Part shown: piece by piece, positions 28,090 to 37,692 of the stretch
Numbering within the stretch: position 1 is the first letter of the stretch
Layout: the number at the start of each line of letters is the position of its first letter
Assembly (NCBI GenBank): GCA_964508925.1
Contig: CAZDVM010000008.1
Span: 97,774-161,773, forward strand
DNA length: 64,000 bases
From: an uncultured Pirellulales bacterium
GTDB taxonomy: Bacteria > Planctomycetota > Phycisphaerae > Sedimentisphaerales > Anaerobacaceae
Direction: 5' to 3'
Made by a program: the position numbers and the translations under genes
Notes under the pieces: generated by a model
The model's database searches: none
The model's input: only the letters and a program-made list of their open reading frames with translations
What the model was told of the DNA's origin: nothing

Positions 28090-29133
28090 TTAGTCGAAAG
28101 TATCATAAATATCCGACATCGGCAACTCTGCATACGCAACAGAGTTATCGGAAACACCGTAATATAACTTCAAAACTTCTTTTTCGTTCAGAAGACCGGA
28201 AGTAAAAACGACATTTCCAAAAAAACCCTTAATCTCATAATCGGTTTCAGGTTCCATTATCGGTTTTTTTGATCTTTTGAGTATCTTCCATGGCTGATCG
28301 GCATCCGTAAGAACGCCGCCGAGACAATATCTATCCCTTTCATCGACGCCGTGGTATATTTCCAGCCAGCCTTTTTCCGTTTTAAACGGTACCGCTCCTG
28401 CTCCCCCCCGGTTACAATCCCACATACCCTCCTCGAATCCCATAAAATAACGGTGATTGCCCCAGTTAATGAGGTCCTTCGATTCTGCAATCCAGATATG
28501 GTATTTATCGAAAAGAGGTGTTACGGGCCTGTGAAGGGCAAAGTACGTGCCGTTTATTTTTTCCGGAAAAATCGCTACATCCTTATTTTCAGGACAGAAA
28601 ATAACGCCCAGCTTCTGGAAGGACTCAAAATCCTTTGTTTTTGCAAGGCAGGTTGATATCCCTTTGTCACAGACGCCTACGTAATCAATATAGTAAGTAT
28701 CATCTATCTTTGTGATCCGCGGGTCCTCGATGCCGAAGGATTCATACATATTATCAGGAAAAAGCGCTGGTTCATCTTCGATTTCAAAATTTATTCCGTC
28801 CCTGCTTTTTGCAATTCTCAGGTATGAAAGGGAAGTAAGGAATTTGCCGTCAGGTGCTATCCTCATCCGTGGATCGGTAAAGTCAATCCGTTTATTTGCT
28901 TTATTGAATCCTTTCGTTTTCAGTTTTTTGTTCTCAGCATCATAAATGAAGGTCGCTTCGATATCAGGATGTTCTGTGACGGGTCTTTCTGCGACTCTTA
29001 ATAAGAGAATTATTTCGCCCTGATATTTCGTAACGCCGGGATTGAAGGCCCCTATAACTTCCGAATCCGGCAAAAGGGGGTTCACATCCTCCGGGGTAAT
29101 AATGGGATTATCCAGGGATCTTAGTACAGCCAT
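28090..29133 (-). CDS. Glycoside hydrolase family 130 (beta-mannoside phosphorylase-like)
   Basis: NPIITPEDV...GAFNPGVTKYQGEIILLLRVAE...FEIEDEP...GIEDPRI...GFFGNVVFTSG motifs of GH130. Confidence 0.8.
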   Translation of the reverse strand: MAVLRSLDNPIITPEDVNPLLPDSEVIGAFNPGVTKYQGEIILLLRVAERPVTEHPDIEATFIYDAENKKLKTKGFNKANKRIDFTDPRMRIAPDGKFLTSLSYLRIAKSRDGINFEIEDEPALFPDNMYESFGIEDPRITKIDDTYYIDYVGVCDKGISTCLAKTKDFESFQKLGVIFCPENKDVAIFPEKINGTYFALHRPVTPLFDKYHIWIAESKDLINWGNHRYFMGFEEGMWDCNRGGAGAVPFKTEKGWLEIYHGVDERDRYCLGGVLTDADQPWKILKRSKKPIMEPETDYEIKGFFGNVVFTSGLLNEKEVLKLYYGVSDNSVAYAELPMSDIYDTFD

Positions 29134-29260
29134 TTTTAACCTCCCGTAAAATTAAATCAAAATGGACAATATAAATATACCAGTGGTTTAAAGTAACTAC
29201 AAGATTAAATAAAAAACCCGGCCCTGATACGAGCCGGGTTGTATCTAACAAAATCGAAAC

Positions 29261-31987
29261 CTATTTAAATTCGGAAGAATCCACTTCGATGAAGGGTACT
29301 TGGCCTGCCCTGTGGAGAACCGGCCGGTTTTGAACAGAGCTTGTAATGATATCGAAATGTTCTGAAAGATCCAACACATCACCTTCATAAGTTTTAAAAT
29401 TGGGGACGTCGATCTTTATCGCTTCGGATGCAGGTTTGCCTGCAGGTACGACTTCGATATCGAATATTTTCATAGGCTTGCTTCGGTACATCTTTTCGAT
29501 CTTTAATTTAACGGTTTCCTTTTCCATGTCAATTTCGAGTGTCGCCCAGAATCTCGGGTAAAATAACGGATAGCGGACGAACTCGGCATCTTGCCTGATG
29601 ACCGGTGCCAGCCTGAATAATTTTTCCGGCCCGTCGAAACTTGCTCCTGCAAGGACATCGGTAATAAACCATGTCACCGGTGCGGACATATAGGTAGCTT
29701 CTCCGGGATTCCATAAGTTCTGGGTCCAGGTCCAGCCTTCTCTTAAGTGCACCAACTGGATATTTTTCATTATCGCCAGGCCGTCTTCAAGGTAGCCGTT
29801 TTGTATGCCGAGCATGGCGGTGTAGCTTTCCAGGTAAAAAGGCCAGCACTGTGAACCGGATTTGTCTATACCTCTTTTCAGGTTCAGGTCATAGACCTTG
29901 GGGGCATAATATGAAGGTGCACTTGATACAGAGGTCTTGAACTGTGAAAGCACAGAAGCCCGTGCCATTTTCTGTGGTACGACGTCACCCCAGCCGCAAT
30001 ACCTGCTTACGAACTGTCCCGCCAGCTGGCCGGTGAACATCCTGTAGTCCTGTTCATCAGAGCCGTCGAGGTCGCAGCCGTAAGAAAAGAACCTGCCGTT
30101 CCAGAGATATTTAATAAAGTCTTTCCGTGTTTCTTCCAACTGTTTCTGCAGCTTATTTTCGAAATCGTCGTCGTCCATGCAGTCTGCAAGTACCTTGCCT
30201 GCTTCCAGTGCAGAAAGATAAACGCCCGCGATGTAGGAATAAACGGGTGGATGGATGTAATCATCGTAGGTTGTCTTTCCGACAGGGATATCTATATCAC
30301 TTTTTATATTGTTCTTTAAATTCTCAAATGCGAATTTGACTCTTTCATAGTGCTCTTTGACGTATTCCTCGCCGCGTGTCTGCTGGTAGTCTTTCGCCAG
30401 CTGAATTATCCAACTGCAGGTGTTATCGAGCATCGTGCCCTTTGGAGCCGGTGACAAGCCTTCACGGGTTGCGATTCCAAGGTAATAATGGCCGTTGAAG
30501 TGCAGAATGAATCCTTCTTCCGGGTCCTGGGTATAAGCGAAGAGGTCCATTTCGGCCCTGTCAAGGTCGGTGAAGAATTTCTGGTAAAAGGGATGGGCGC
30601 TGAGCCTCTGGTCCATGGTGCCGGCAAGGCCTCCCATCTTACCTTCCATGACCGCAAAGTCACCTGCCCTGTTTAAGATACTGTTTGTATAGAGTACGTA
30701 GGCACTGTTTATAAGTTTGAATTTCAGCCAGTCCGGATAGGTACTTTCCAGTATAGGTTTATGCCATTCGACTGTACCTTCATGAATTCTGCTGTAATTT
30801 TGGGCAGAGTAGGCAACAATGTCACTTATCCCGTCGAAGAATTTGTGGAAATATCTGCCGTAATCCTGGGTTCCGAAATAGCTTTTAGGGTGTGCTTTTT
30901 CCCTGTCAATCTTCAGCTGCGGATAGTACCAGGCGACCATAAAGCGGACGGTTTTGGTTTCCGCTTTGTCAAGTTTGAGTTTCAGGGCTATGGCACTTGC
31001 TTTCTCTTTTGCTTCATCGGGATCGTAAAGTTGTACCTTGTCGAAATCTTTCGCAAATGTTCCGTCTTTTTTGAAGGTCTTCCATTTCTGTTCGCCGTTG
31101 TTTACTTCATATGCGGGAAGAACGGTAACTTCTGTTCCTTCGGTTTCTTCAGCAAGGATGGCGACTTCCTGAACGTAATTCTGGTAAGTAGCCTTGATCG
31201 GGTCGAAAGGTTCGGGAGTAAACTGTTTAATGCCTTTCCATTTGCCGACTTCGAAGGGTTCAGAAAAAGTTTCGACCCTGGGGTAATCGACCCAGTTGGC
31301 TCTTTTGACGTGAAAGGCGTTGTTTTTGGGTAGTTTATCCAGCGCATCTTTGTTTTCCAGATCAAGAAGGCCTCTGGAGATGATATCTTCCCATGAAAGT
31401 GCGATACTGGTTTCTATCGGCCTGTTTTCAGTATTAACGATCGACACTTCGAAAAATGCCACCGGCAGCGAAGAATCCTTTATGTTATGGGGAACGCAGC
31501 CAGACCAGCCGTAAAGAGAGAGTCTCGAACGGGGTTCATCTGCACTTCTGTCCTTGAAGGCAACTCTTGCAGTCGGGAAAAGTCCCCGGTAAATGGAACT
31601 TGCGTAACCTTTCAGACCCAGATATTCGGAATCATCCCTTACCATCCTCCTGTGGGTTATCTTTTTCCTTCTTGTATTGTTTTCCCAGATAGCAAAGAAG
31701 CTCGCCTTTACGTCTTTGATAACCCCGTCTTCGTGGGTGTTATTCAGTGCTATCCTTGTGAATTCGCCTGTAGGTGCGAGGTCAAAACAACCTGTACCTA
31801 CACCGCCGAACGGTACCCCGCTTGGCCCGATATGATCCTTTAATGCAAGGTAGTTAAAGCCTGTAGCACCGCCGGAAACATCACTGAAGAAGCTGGTATT
31901 TGCCGTTTCCGCCCCGTAATCAGGCTGAGCGGCAAAACTTGTGGTCAGGATCAATAATGACATGATAAAAATACCCGTTTTTCGCAT
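29261..31987 (-). CDS. Secreted GH116-like glycosyl hydrolase (GBA2/beta-glucosidase-type)
   Basis: 908 aa. Signal peptide. N-terminal GVPFGGVGTGCFDL motif typical of the GH116 N-domain, followed by a large (alpha/alpha)6-type catalytic region. Confidence 0.6.
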   Translation of the reverse strand: MRKTGIFIMSLLILTTSFAAQPDYGAETANTSFFSDVSGGATGFNYLALKDHIGPSGVPFGGVGTGCFDLAPTGEFTRIALNNTHEDGVIKDVKASFFAIWENNTRRKKITHRRMVRDDSEYLGLKGYASSIYRGLFPTARVAFKDRSADEPRSRLSLYGWSGCVPHNIKDSSLPVAFFEVSIVNTENRPIETSIALSWEDIISRGLLDLENKDALDKLPKNNAFHVKRANWVDYPRVETFSEPFEVGKWKGIKQFTPEPFDPIKATYQNYVQEVAILAEETEGTEVTVLPAYEVNNGEQKWKTFKKDGTFAKDFDKVQLYDPDEAKEKASAIALKLKLDKAETKTVRFMVAWYYPQLKIDREKAHPKSYFGTQDYGRYFHKFFDGISDIVAYSAQNYSRIHEGTVEWHKPILESTYPDWLKFKLINSAYVLYTNSILNRAGDFAVMEGKMGGLAGTMDQRLSAHPFYQKFFTDLDRAEMDLFAYTQDPEEGFILHFNGHYYLGIATREGLSPAPKGTMLDNTCSWIIQLAKDYQQTRGEEYVKEHYERVKFAFENLKNNIKSDIDIPVGKTTYDDYIHPPVYSYIAGVYLSALEAGKVLADCMDDDDFENKLQKQLEETRKDFIKYLWNGRFFSYGCDLDGSDEQDYRMFTGQLAGQFVSRYCGWGDVVPQKMARASVLSQFKTSVSSAPSYYAPKVYDLNLKRGIDKSGSQCWPFYLESYTAMLGIQNGYLEDGLAIMKNIQLVHLREGWTWTQNLWNPGEATYMSAPVTWFITDVLAGASFDGPEKLFRLAPVIRQDAEFVRYPLFYPRFWATLEIDMEKETVKLKIEKMYRSKPMKIFDIEVVPAGKPASEAIKIDVPNFKTYEGDVLDLSEHFDIITSSVQNRPVLHRAGQVPFIEVDSSEFK

Positions 31988-32149
31988 AAATTACTCCTTT
32001 GAAAAAATTTACGAACTCGTTTTGCAGCTATTTTTATGAATTTTTTGCTCAATTTAAAGTCAAAAATCGAACAGAAGCGAAAATTTAAATTAAAAAAGAG
32101 TTAGGAATCTTGACTTATTTGCCGAAGGTTATTAATATCTCTAGTTCTT

Positions 32150-32221
32150 GCCACTGTAGCTCAACGGCAGAGCACCGGTTTTGTAAACCGGCGGTTGAGA
32201 GTTCGAATCTCTCCGGTGGCT
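32150..32221 (+). tRNA. tRNA-Thr (anticodon UGU)
   Basis: GCCACTGTAGCTCAACGGCAGAGCA-CCGGT-TTTGTAA-ACCGG-CGGTT-GAGAG-TTCGAAT-CTCTC-CGGTGGC-T cloverleaf, followed by a T-run. Confidence 0.9.
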
Positions 32222-32257
32222 TTTTTATTTTACTCACATACAGTTTTTCCAGCTTAA

Positions 32258-33133
32258 CTAAAATATGATACTTGCATAGCCTACACTTTCCTCGCTGCTT
32301 CGGCCCATTTTTTGTTGCATGATGTTATTGCTGTTATCTTTATCCAGCAGGATACCTTTTGTTCTTCCGAGTTTTCCAGCAAAAGCTACAACAGCCGCAG
32401 CCGCACCCGGGCCGCAGGCGTTGTGATGAGACATAGCTTTGTCCAGAAGCTGGGCGGGCTTTACATCATTTGCAAGCTGTATGAATTCCTCATCATTAAC
32501 ATCGGAAGCCCATTTCAATGCCTCTTCTCCCGTACCCTGGGGCTCAAAGCCGTACCGCGGGCCGTAATGAGTCAAATCGGTCGAACCGATGCAGACTACC
32601 TGTTTTTCGGTTTCCTCAGTTATTATTTCTGCCAGACCTTCGCCTAAAGCAACTGCATTTTCATTGGGTGAAACGATTACGGGGATGATCTCTGCACCTT
32701 CGAACATGTGCTGGATGAAGGGAACCTGCACTTCGATACTGTGTTCATATTTATGGGCGCCGGAGTCACTTATTGCCAGCTCTTTTTTTCTAATCTTTTT
32801 TGCAAGTTCCTCGTCGATACTGATATCCCCCAGCGGCGTGCTCCAAGCTCCCTTGTCATAGGCAGCCGGTATATCGCCGAAATAGCCGTGAGAAGTGCCG
32901 AAGATCACGAAGGTATCGACTTTTTCATTCTGCTGTTTTACGGCCTGGAAAACTTCAAGTGCCAGTTTTCCGCTGAAGAACCACCCTGCATGAGGTACGA
33001 TTGCACCCACTATTTTTTCGGGAAGTTCGGTTTCAAGTTTGATCTCGCTTAGCATCTGCTCGATCTCGGAAATGCATTTTTCCTTATCTCCCGGGTAAAA
33101 CTGTCCTGCTACGATCGCTCTTCTTTTCTGCAT
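32258..33133 (-). CDS. AmmeMemoRadiSam system protein B (MEMO1-family)
   Basis: AGQFYPG...IVPHAGWFFSG...FGTSHGY...CGPGAAAAV pattern of the Memo-like family. No AMMECR1 or AmrS radical-SAM partner in the window. Confidence 0.75.
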   Translation of the reverse strand: MQKRRAIVAGQFYPGDKEKCISEIEQMLSEIKLETELPEKIVGAIVPHAGWFFSGKLALEVFQAVKQQNEKVDTFVIFGTSHGYFGDIPAAYDKGAWSTPLGDISIDEELAKKIRKKELAISDSGAHKYEHSIEVQVPFIQHMFEGAEIIPVIVSPNENAVALGEGLAEIITEETEKQVVCIGSTDLTHYGPRYGFEPQGTGEEALKWASDVNDEEFIQLANDVKPAQLLDKAMSHHNACGPGAAAAVVAFAGKLGRTKGILLDKDNSNNIMQQKMGRSSEESVGYASIIF

Positions 33134-33227
33134 GTTTCAACCTGCCCCTTGAAATTATCACTTTTGCAAGTTATATTAACTCCGCTTATTTTCAACCATA
33201 ATTTTAACTTATTAGGAAGAAAAAACA

Positions 33228-33734
33228 ATGGTAAATGAAAAAACATCCAGCGTAGCTGTGGTAATGGGTTCAGACAGTGATCTTAAAGTAATGCAGAGCT
33301 GTATCGATAACCTGAAGGATTTCGGTATCAATCCGATCGTCAGGGTTATCTCTGCTCACAGAACTCCCCAAATTGCAGATGAATTCGCTGCAAATGCAAA
33401 GGAAAAGGGAGTAAAGGTCATCATAGCAGCTGCGGGAATGGCTGCTCATCTTGCAGGTGCCATGGCGGCAAGGTCGAGACTGCCTATAATCGGAGTACCT
33501 ATCCAGGCAAGCTCCGGGCCTAACGGGATGGACGCCCTTTTGAGCACCGTTCAGATGCCGCCTGGTGTTCCGGTAGCTACCGTCGCCATCGGTAAAGCTG
33601 GTGCCAAGAACGCAGCAGTGCTTGCGATTCAGATACTGGCACTTTCTGATGAAGATATGGACGAGAAATTAAAGCAATACAAAGCCGACATGGAAAAGAA
33701 GGTGATCGAAAAGGACAAGAGTATCCAACAGTAA
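33228..33734 (+). CDS. purE: N5-carboxyaminoimidazole ribonucleotide mutase
   Basis: VAVVMGSDSDLKVMQ...ISAHRTP...AAGMAAHLAG...IGVPI, canonical PurE. Confidence 0.9.
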   Translation: MVNEKTSSVAVVMGSDSDLKVMQSCIDNLKDFGINPIVRVISAHRTPQIADEFAANAKEKGVKVIIAAAGMAAHLAGAMAARSRLPIIGVPIQASSGPNGMDALLSTVQMPPGVPVATVAIGKAGAKNAAVLAIQILALSDEDMDEKLKQYKADMEKKVIEKDKSIQQ

Positions 33735-33759
33735 AAACAACATCGTGCTGTTCTAATAC

Positions 33760-35286
33760 ATGCAAAACAATTTCAAAGGGTACGAGATGAAAGCAATTAA
33801 GACAATAATGGCCTTTATATTTTGCATTTCTAGTTTATTGAATGCAGATGTCAAAGTCAATCCTCTTTTTTCTAAAAACATGGTTTTACAGGAAAATGCT
33901 GAAGTTCCGATCTGGGGTTGGGCAGAACCGGGAGAGGAAGTCACGGTGTCTGGAAGCTGGGGTGAATCTGAAAACACTGTCGCAGATAAAAACGGAAAAT
34001 GGATGGTTAAACTGTCAACTCCGGTATCCAATGATGTTTTCACTGTAAGGATCAAAGGTAAAAACGAGATAAATATCGGGAATGTGCTTCTGGGGCAAGT
34101 ATGGCTGTGTTCGGGTCAGTCAAATATGCAGTGGATACTTGCCTGGAGTAAGAACGCCGAGGAAGCTATCTTGGGTTCGAGATATCCTGAGATAAGATAT
34201 TTTCATGTCAAAAGGACCGCTTCTGAAACCCCACTTGAAAAATGCGAAGGTGAGTGGGTTATATGCGATCCTTATACTTCCAAGGATTTTTCTGCTGTAG
34301 CATATTTTTTCGGCAGGGAATTATTTCAGGAATTAAGAAAGCCGATCGGTTTGATAAATTCCTCTTTCGGAGGGACAAGGGCAGAGACATGGACGCCTTT
34401 AGAAACTTTGAAAGCAAATCCGGTTAATAAAGATTATCTTGAAAATTACGAAAAAGCTGCAAAGACTTATCCTGAACAAATGGAAAAATTCCGCAGGGAA
34501 CGTCACGAATGGATAAAGGAATCTCGCAAAGCCAGGTTTAAAGGCAAGAAAGTACCGAGGCCTCCGCATAAACCCTACGGGCCGGGACATCAGAATGCAC
34601 CCGCTCATTTATATAATGCTATGATAAATCCGCTAGTGCCTTTTGAAATAAAAGGTGTGATATGGTACCAGGGTGAGGCTAATAACAGAAATCCGTCAGC
34701 ATATAAAACTATTTTTCCCGAGATGATAAAAAGCTGGAGAAAATTATGGAGCGATCCGAATATGCCTTTTTATTTTGCACAGCTTTCAGATTTTAAGGGA
34801 ATAAAGCCCATTACCAGAGAGGCCCAGATGAGTGTCCTGTCACTTGATAACACCGGCATGGCTGTTACCGTCGACATCGGCAATCCCAATGACATTCACC
34901 CCAGGAACAAAGAGGATGTCGGAAAAAGGCTGGCACGATGGGCGTTAGCAAAAGATTACGGCAAAGATATTGTATATTCCGGGCCTTTGTATAAATCTCA
35001 TAAAATAGAAGAAGATAAAATAAGAATTCATTTTAAATATGCCGGATCAGGGCTTAAAGTTAAAGGTAACAAATTATCTGAATTTACAATAGCAGGTAGT
35101 GATAAAGAATTTCTTACTGCAAAAGCAGAGTTGGAAGGCGATACTGTTCTTGTATGGAATGAAAAGATCGAAAATCCTAAGGCAGTACGATACGGCTGGT
35201 CCAATTCGCCAGACATAAAATTGTATAATGGGGAAGACCTGCCGGCTTCACCATTTAGAACAGATAACTGGGAAATTAAGGATTGA
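33760..35286 (+). CDS. Sialate O-acetylesterase (SASA/DUF303 family), secreted
   Basis: Signal peptide. GQVWLCSGQSNMQW catalytic motif. IWYQGEAN second motif. Confidence 0.85.
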   Translation: MQNNFKGYEMKAIKTIMAFIFCISSLLNADVKVNPLFSKNMVLQENAEVPIWGWAEPGEEVTVSGSWGESENTVADKNGKWMVKLSTPVSNDVFTVRIKGKNEINIGNVLLGQVWLCSGQSNMQWILAWSKNAEEAILGSRYPEIRYFHVKRTASETPLEKCEGEWVICDPYTSKDFSAVAYFFGRELFQELRKPIGLINSSFGGTRAETWTPLETLKANPVNKDYLENYEKAAKTYPEQMEKFRRERHEWIKESRKARFKGKKVPRPPHKPYGPGHQNAPAHLYNAMINPLVPFEIKGVIWYQGEANNRNPSAYKTIFPEMIKSWRKLWSDPNMPFYFAQLSDFKGIKPITREAQMSVLSLDNTGMAVTVDIGNPNDIHPRNKEDVGKRLARWALAKDYGKDIVYSGPLYKSHKIEEDKIRIHFKYAGSGLKVKGNKLSEFTIAGSDKEFLTAKAELEGDTVLVWNEKIENPKAVRYGWSNSPDIKLYNGEDLPASPFRTDNWEIKD

Positions 35287-35304
35287 GAAAGAAATATTTC
35301 AATT

Positions 35305-35337
35305 AAATCAAAAAAGACTGTGGTTTTTGCCACAGCC
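35305..35337 (-). terminator. Rho-independent terminator (minus strand) after the ParA-CBM48 gene; hairpin shared with convergent SASA gene
   Basis: GACTGTGG-tttttg-CCACAGcC hairpin. On the minus strand it is followed by TTTTTTGATTT. Confidence 0.6.
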
Positions 35338-35364
35338 TTCCTTAATGGAGAAAAGTAATTTAAG

Positions 35365-36597
35365 TTATTTTACTTCGACAACCGAATTGTATTCGCCGAA
35401 GGGGTTTACTTCTTTTGTTTCGTTGTATGGGTCCTGCTGCCATTTGCCGTCAACTACTATCCTGTAGCGGTGCTTTCCTTTAGGTATTTTCACCTTAGCC
35501 TGCCAGATTCCGCTTTCGCCGACTTTCTTCATGGGGGTTTTTTCGGGCTGCCAGCCGTTGAAGTCACCTGCGATCTGAACTTTTTCAGCCCGCGGGTACA
35601 AACTTACGAATGCCACGGCATCTTTCATGCAGGTGACGCCGTAATAATCGGAAAGCTTTTCATCCAGCGAACTTTTCTGTTCTGTTTTTTCCTGCTGTTT
35701 TGTCGCAGTTGCGGTTTGCTGTTTGGTTTTATTTTCCGGCTGAACTTTGCTGATAATCTCATCAGCGGTCATACTTATCTTTGTCAGCCTGTCATCCATT
35801 TGATTGACTTTTTCGTCCCTGCTGTCGATAACCTGTGAATTCAGTAATTCTTCTGCAAGGGAATTGAAATCCATTCTTCCCCTGCTGCCGGGGTCGTATT
35901 CGCAGATGGGCTGGCCGAAACTGCTTGCTTCCTTGATCTTGGTGTTGAAATTGATAACCGTAGTGAACATCTTATCGGTAAAGTGATTTCTCAGTTCTGC
36001 GAGAATTTCTCTTGCCATTTTGGTTCTTACATCATACATGCTGGCAAGTACTTGGACGTTTACGTCCTGGTTGGATCTTTCGGTAATGATATTCAAGGTC
36101 TCAAGCTGTTTGCTCAAACCATGCAGAGCAAAATAGCCGGTTTCCACCGGAACGATAACTTCCGAAGATGCCTTCAATGCGTTGAAGGTCAAAAGGCTTA
36201 CAGCCGGGGGACAGTCTATAACGACATAGTCGTATTTATCGCGTACTTTTTCGAGTTCTTCCTTTAAGGTGTATTCCCTTCCGACAACGCCGCTCATCTG
36301 CTGTTCGAATGCAGACAGATCGATACTGCTGGGGGCCAATTCGAGATTATCGGTTATCTGCCAGAGAATTTCTGACAATTCGGTTTTTTCGTTTCGGCTT
36401 TTGCTGATCATAACATCGTAAATGCTCTGATCGATCTGGTCTTCGGGCACTGCCAGACCAACGGCGCAATGTGATTGCGGGTCCATATCGACAAGCAGTG
36501 TTTTCTGGCCTAGTTCTGCAAGTGCACTTGCCAGGTTAATTGAAACGGTGGTTTTTCCGCAACCACCCTTTTGGTTAATGACTGCGATCGTTCTCAT
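35365..36597 (-). CDS. ParA/MinD-family ATPase fused to C-terminal CBM48 (AMPK-beta-like glycogen-binding) domain
   Basis: 410 aa. N-term MRTIAVINQKGGCGKTT (deviant Walker A) ...LLVDMDPQ... full ParA core to ~aa 250. Low-complexity Q/T/K linker. C-term ...VQIAGDFNGWQPEKTPMKKVGESGIWQAKVKIPKGKHRYRIVVDGKWQQDPYNE matches the CBM48/AMPK1_CBM consensus (GSFNNW...G.H.YKF.VDG.W..DP). Confidence 0.8.
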   Translation of the reverse strand: MRTIAVINQKGGCGKTTVSINLASALAELGQKTLLVDMDPQSHCAVGLAVPEDQIDQSIYDVMISKSRNEKTELSEILWQITDNLELAPSSIDLSAFEQQMSGVVGREYTLKEELEKVRDKYDYVVIDCPPAVSLLTFNALKASSEVIVPVETGYFALHGLSKQLETLNIITERSNQDVNVQVLASMYDVRTKMAREILAELRNHFTDKMFTTVINFNTKIKEASSFGQPICEYDPGSRGRMDFNSLAEELLNSQVIDSRDEKVNQMDDRLTKISMTADEIISKVQPENKTKQQTATATKQQEKTEQKSSLDEKLSDYYGVTCMKDAVAFVSLYPRAEKVQIAGDFNGWQPEKTPMKKVGESGIWQAKVKIPKGKHRYRIVVDGKWQQDPYNETKEVNPFGEYNSVVEVK

Positions 36598-36982
36598 TGT
36601 TTCTGAACAACCCCCTATCTGAATCCATTCTTTAAACCATAATCCATTATATTCTCTATAAGTATAAAAATACCTATAGTAATTCTTTCGGCCAGTTTTA
36701 CTTTAAAACTTTACAATTTTATGGGACGAGCCGATAAAAAACCCCGATATTAATACTAAAATCGGGATTTTCGAGTGTTTTCCAATATGAAAAAGTAGTG
36801 TAAAAATCTTCATGGCAAGGTTTTACGGCACTTTGAGATATCCTGAACTTTTCAGCAAAAAATATTAAATTTTTTTGAATTTTTATAAAGATTGCTGTTA
36901 TTAATGCCATGAAAACCAAAAACCGCTGGTTTTTAGCTGGCGGTCCCAGGTGATTTTCAGTATTTCTGAAAGCTGAAAATTC

Positions 36983-37342
36983 TTATTTTTTCAGCTTAGC
37001 GATCAATTCTTCGATCTTTTTATGGTTTTCAGGCGTAGTTCTAACAAATACCTGCCCATCATTTTTAATTTGATAAATTCTATGTGGAGACTTCGGTTTC
37101 CGTTTCAGTCTCGATGTCTCCCAATCCTCGGGTATCATGGTTTGGATGAGTTTTGGTAAATTCCTGTTTGTTTCTTCATCGTTTATAAAACAATAGGTTT
37201 TAACCTTGAAATCCGCATTTTCATAGGGTGTTGATCTTTCAGGCTCATCGGATTTATACTCTTTTCTACTAGAAACGCAAATACAGCCTGAAGGAGTTAA
37301 AGTTACCAATACTAAAAGACTCACCAATATTCTCTTTTTCAT
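36983..37342 (-). CDS. Small secreted/lipoprotein (119 aa)
   Basis: Signal peptide with lipobox-like TPSGC. 9-bp stem hairpin plus downstream terminator-like structure at 36905-36982. Confidence 0.5.
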   Translation of the reverse strand: MKKRILVSLLVLVTLTPSGCICVSSRKEYKSDEPERSTPYENADFKVKTYCFINDEETNRNLPKLIQTMIPEDWETSRLKRKPKSPHRIYQIKNDGQVFVRTTPENHKKIEELIAKLKK

Positions 37343-37354
37343 ATTTTTCCCTTT

Positions 37355-37555
37355 TCATTTTCTTAATTCAGTGATTAATTCTTCTATTTTTTTATGATCC
37401 CCGGCTGGATTTTCAACATTAACATCACTTAAAAGCTGCTTGTAATAAATACTGTGGAAACCTGGCTGGCCATTCCAATTTTCAATTATAACAGTATGGA
37501 TGAAATTTAATAAATTCCTGTTTATCAAGCCTTTCATATTTTCTCCCCTTAACAA
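37355..37555 (-). CDS. Small ORF (66 aa) paralogous to the C-terminus of the adjacent lipoprotein
   Basis: C-terminal ...NPAGDHKKIEELITELRK versus neighbour ...TPENHKKIEELIAKLKK. Likely a partial tandem duplication. Coding status uncertain. Confidence 0.3.
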   Translation of the reverse strand: MLRGENMKGLINRNLLNFIHTVIIENWNGQPGFHSIYYKQLLSDVNVENPAGDHKKIEELITELRK

Positions 37556-37692
37556 AAATACCTTCTATTTAATATGACGTGAAAGCGGGAAAAATTGTAC
37601 AAAAAACTTTAAATTTTATTAAAAAAAGGAATGCACCACCTTATTGAAAGATGATGAATTCCTGGAGGATGGTATTTGTTCTTTTCAGTTAA

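Noticed and set aside
30761-31333. 190-aa plus-strand ORF inside the GH116 gene
   Set aside because: It is antisense to a long, well-supported secreted hydrolase gene and is Phe/Val-rich, typical of a shadow frame.
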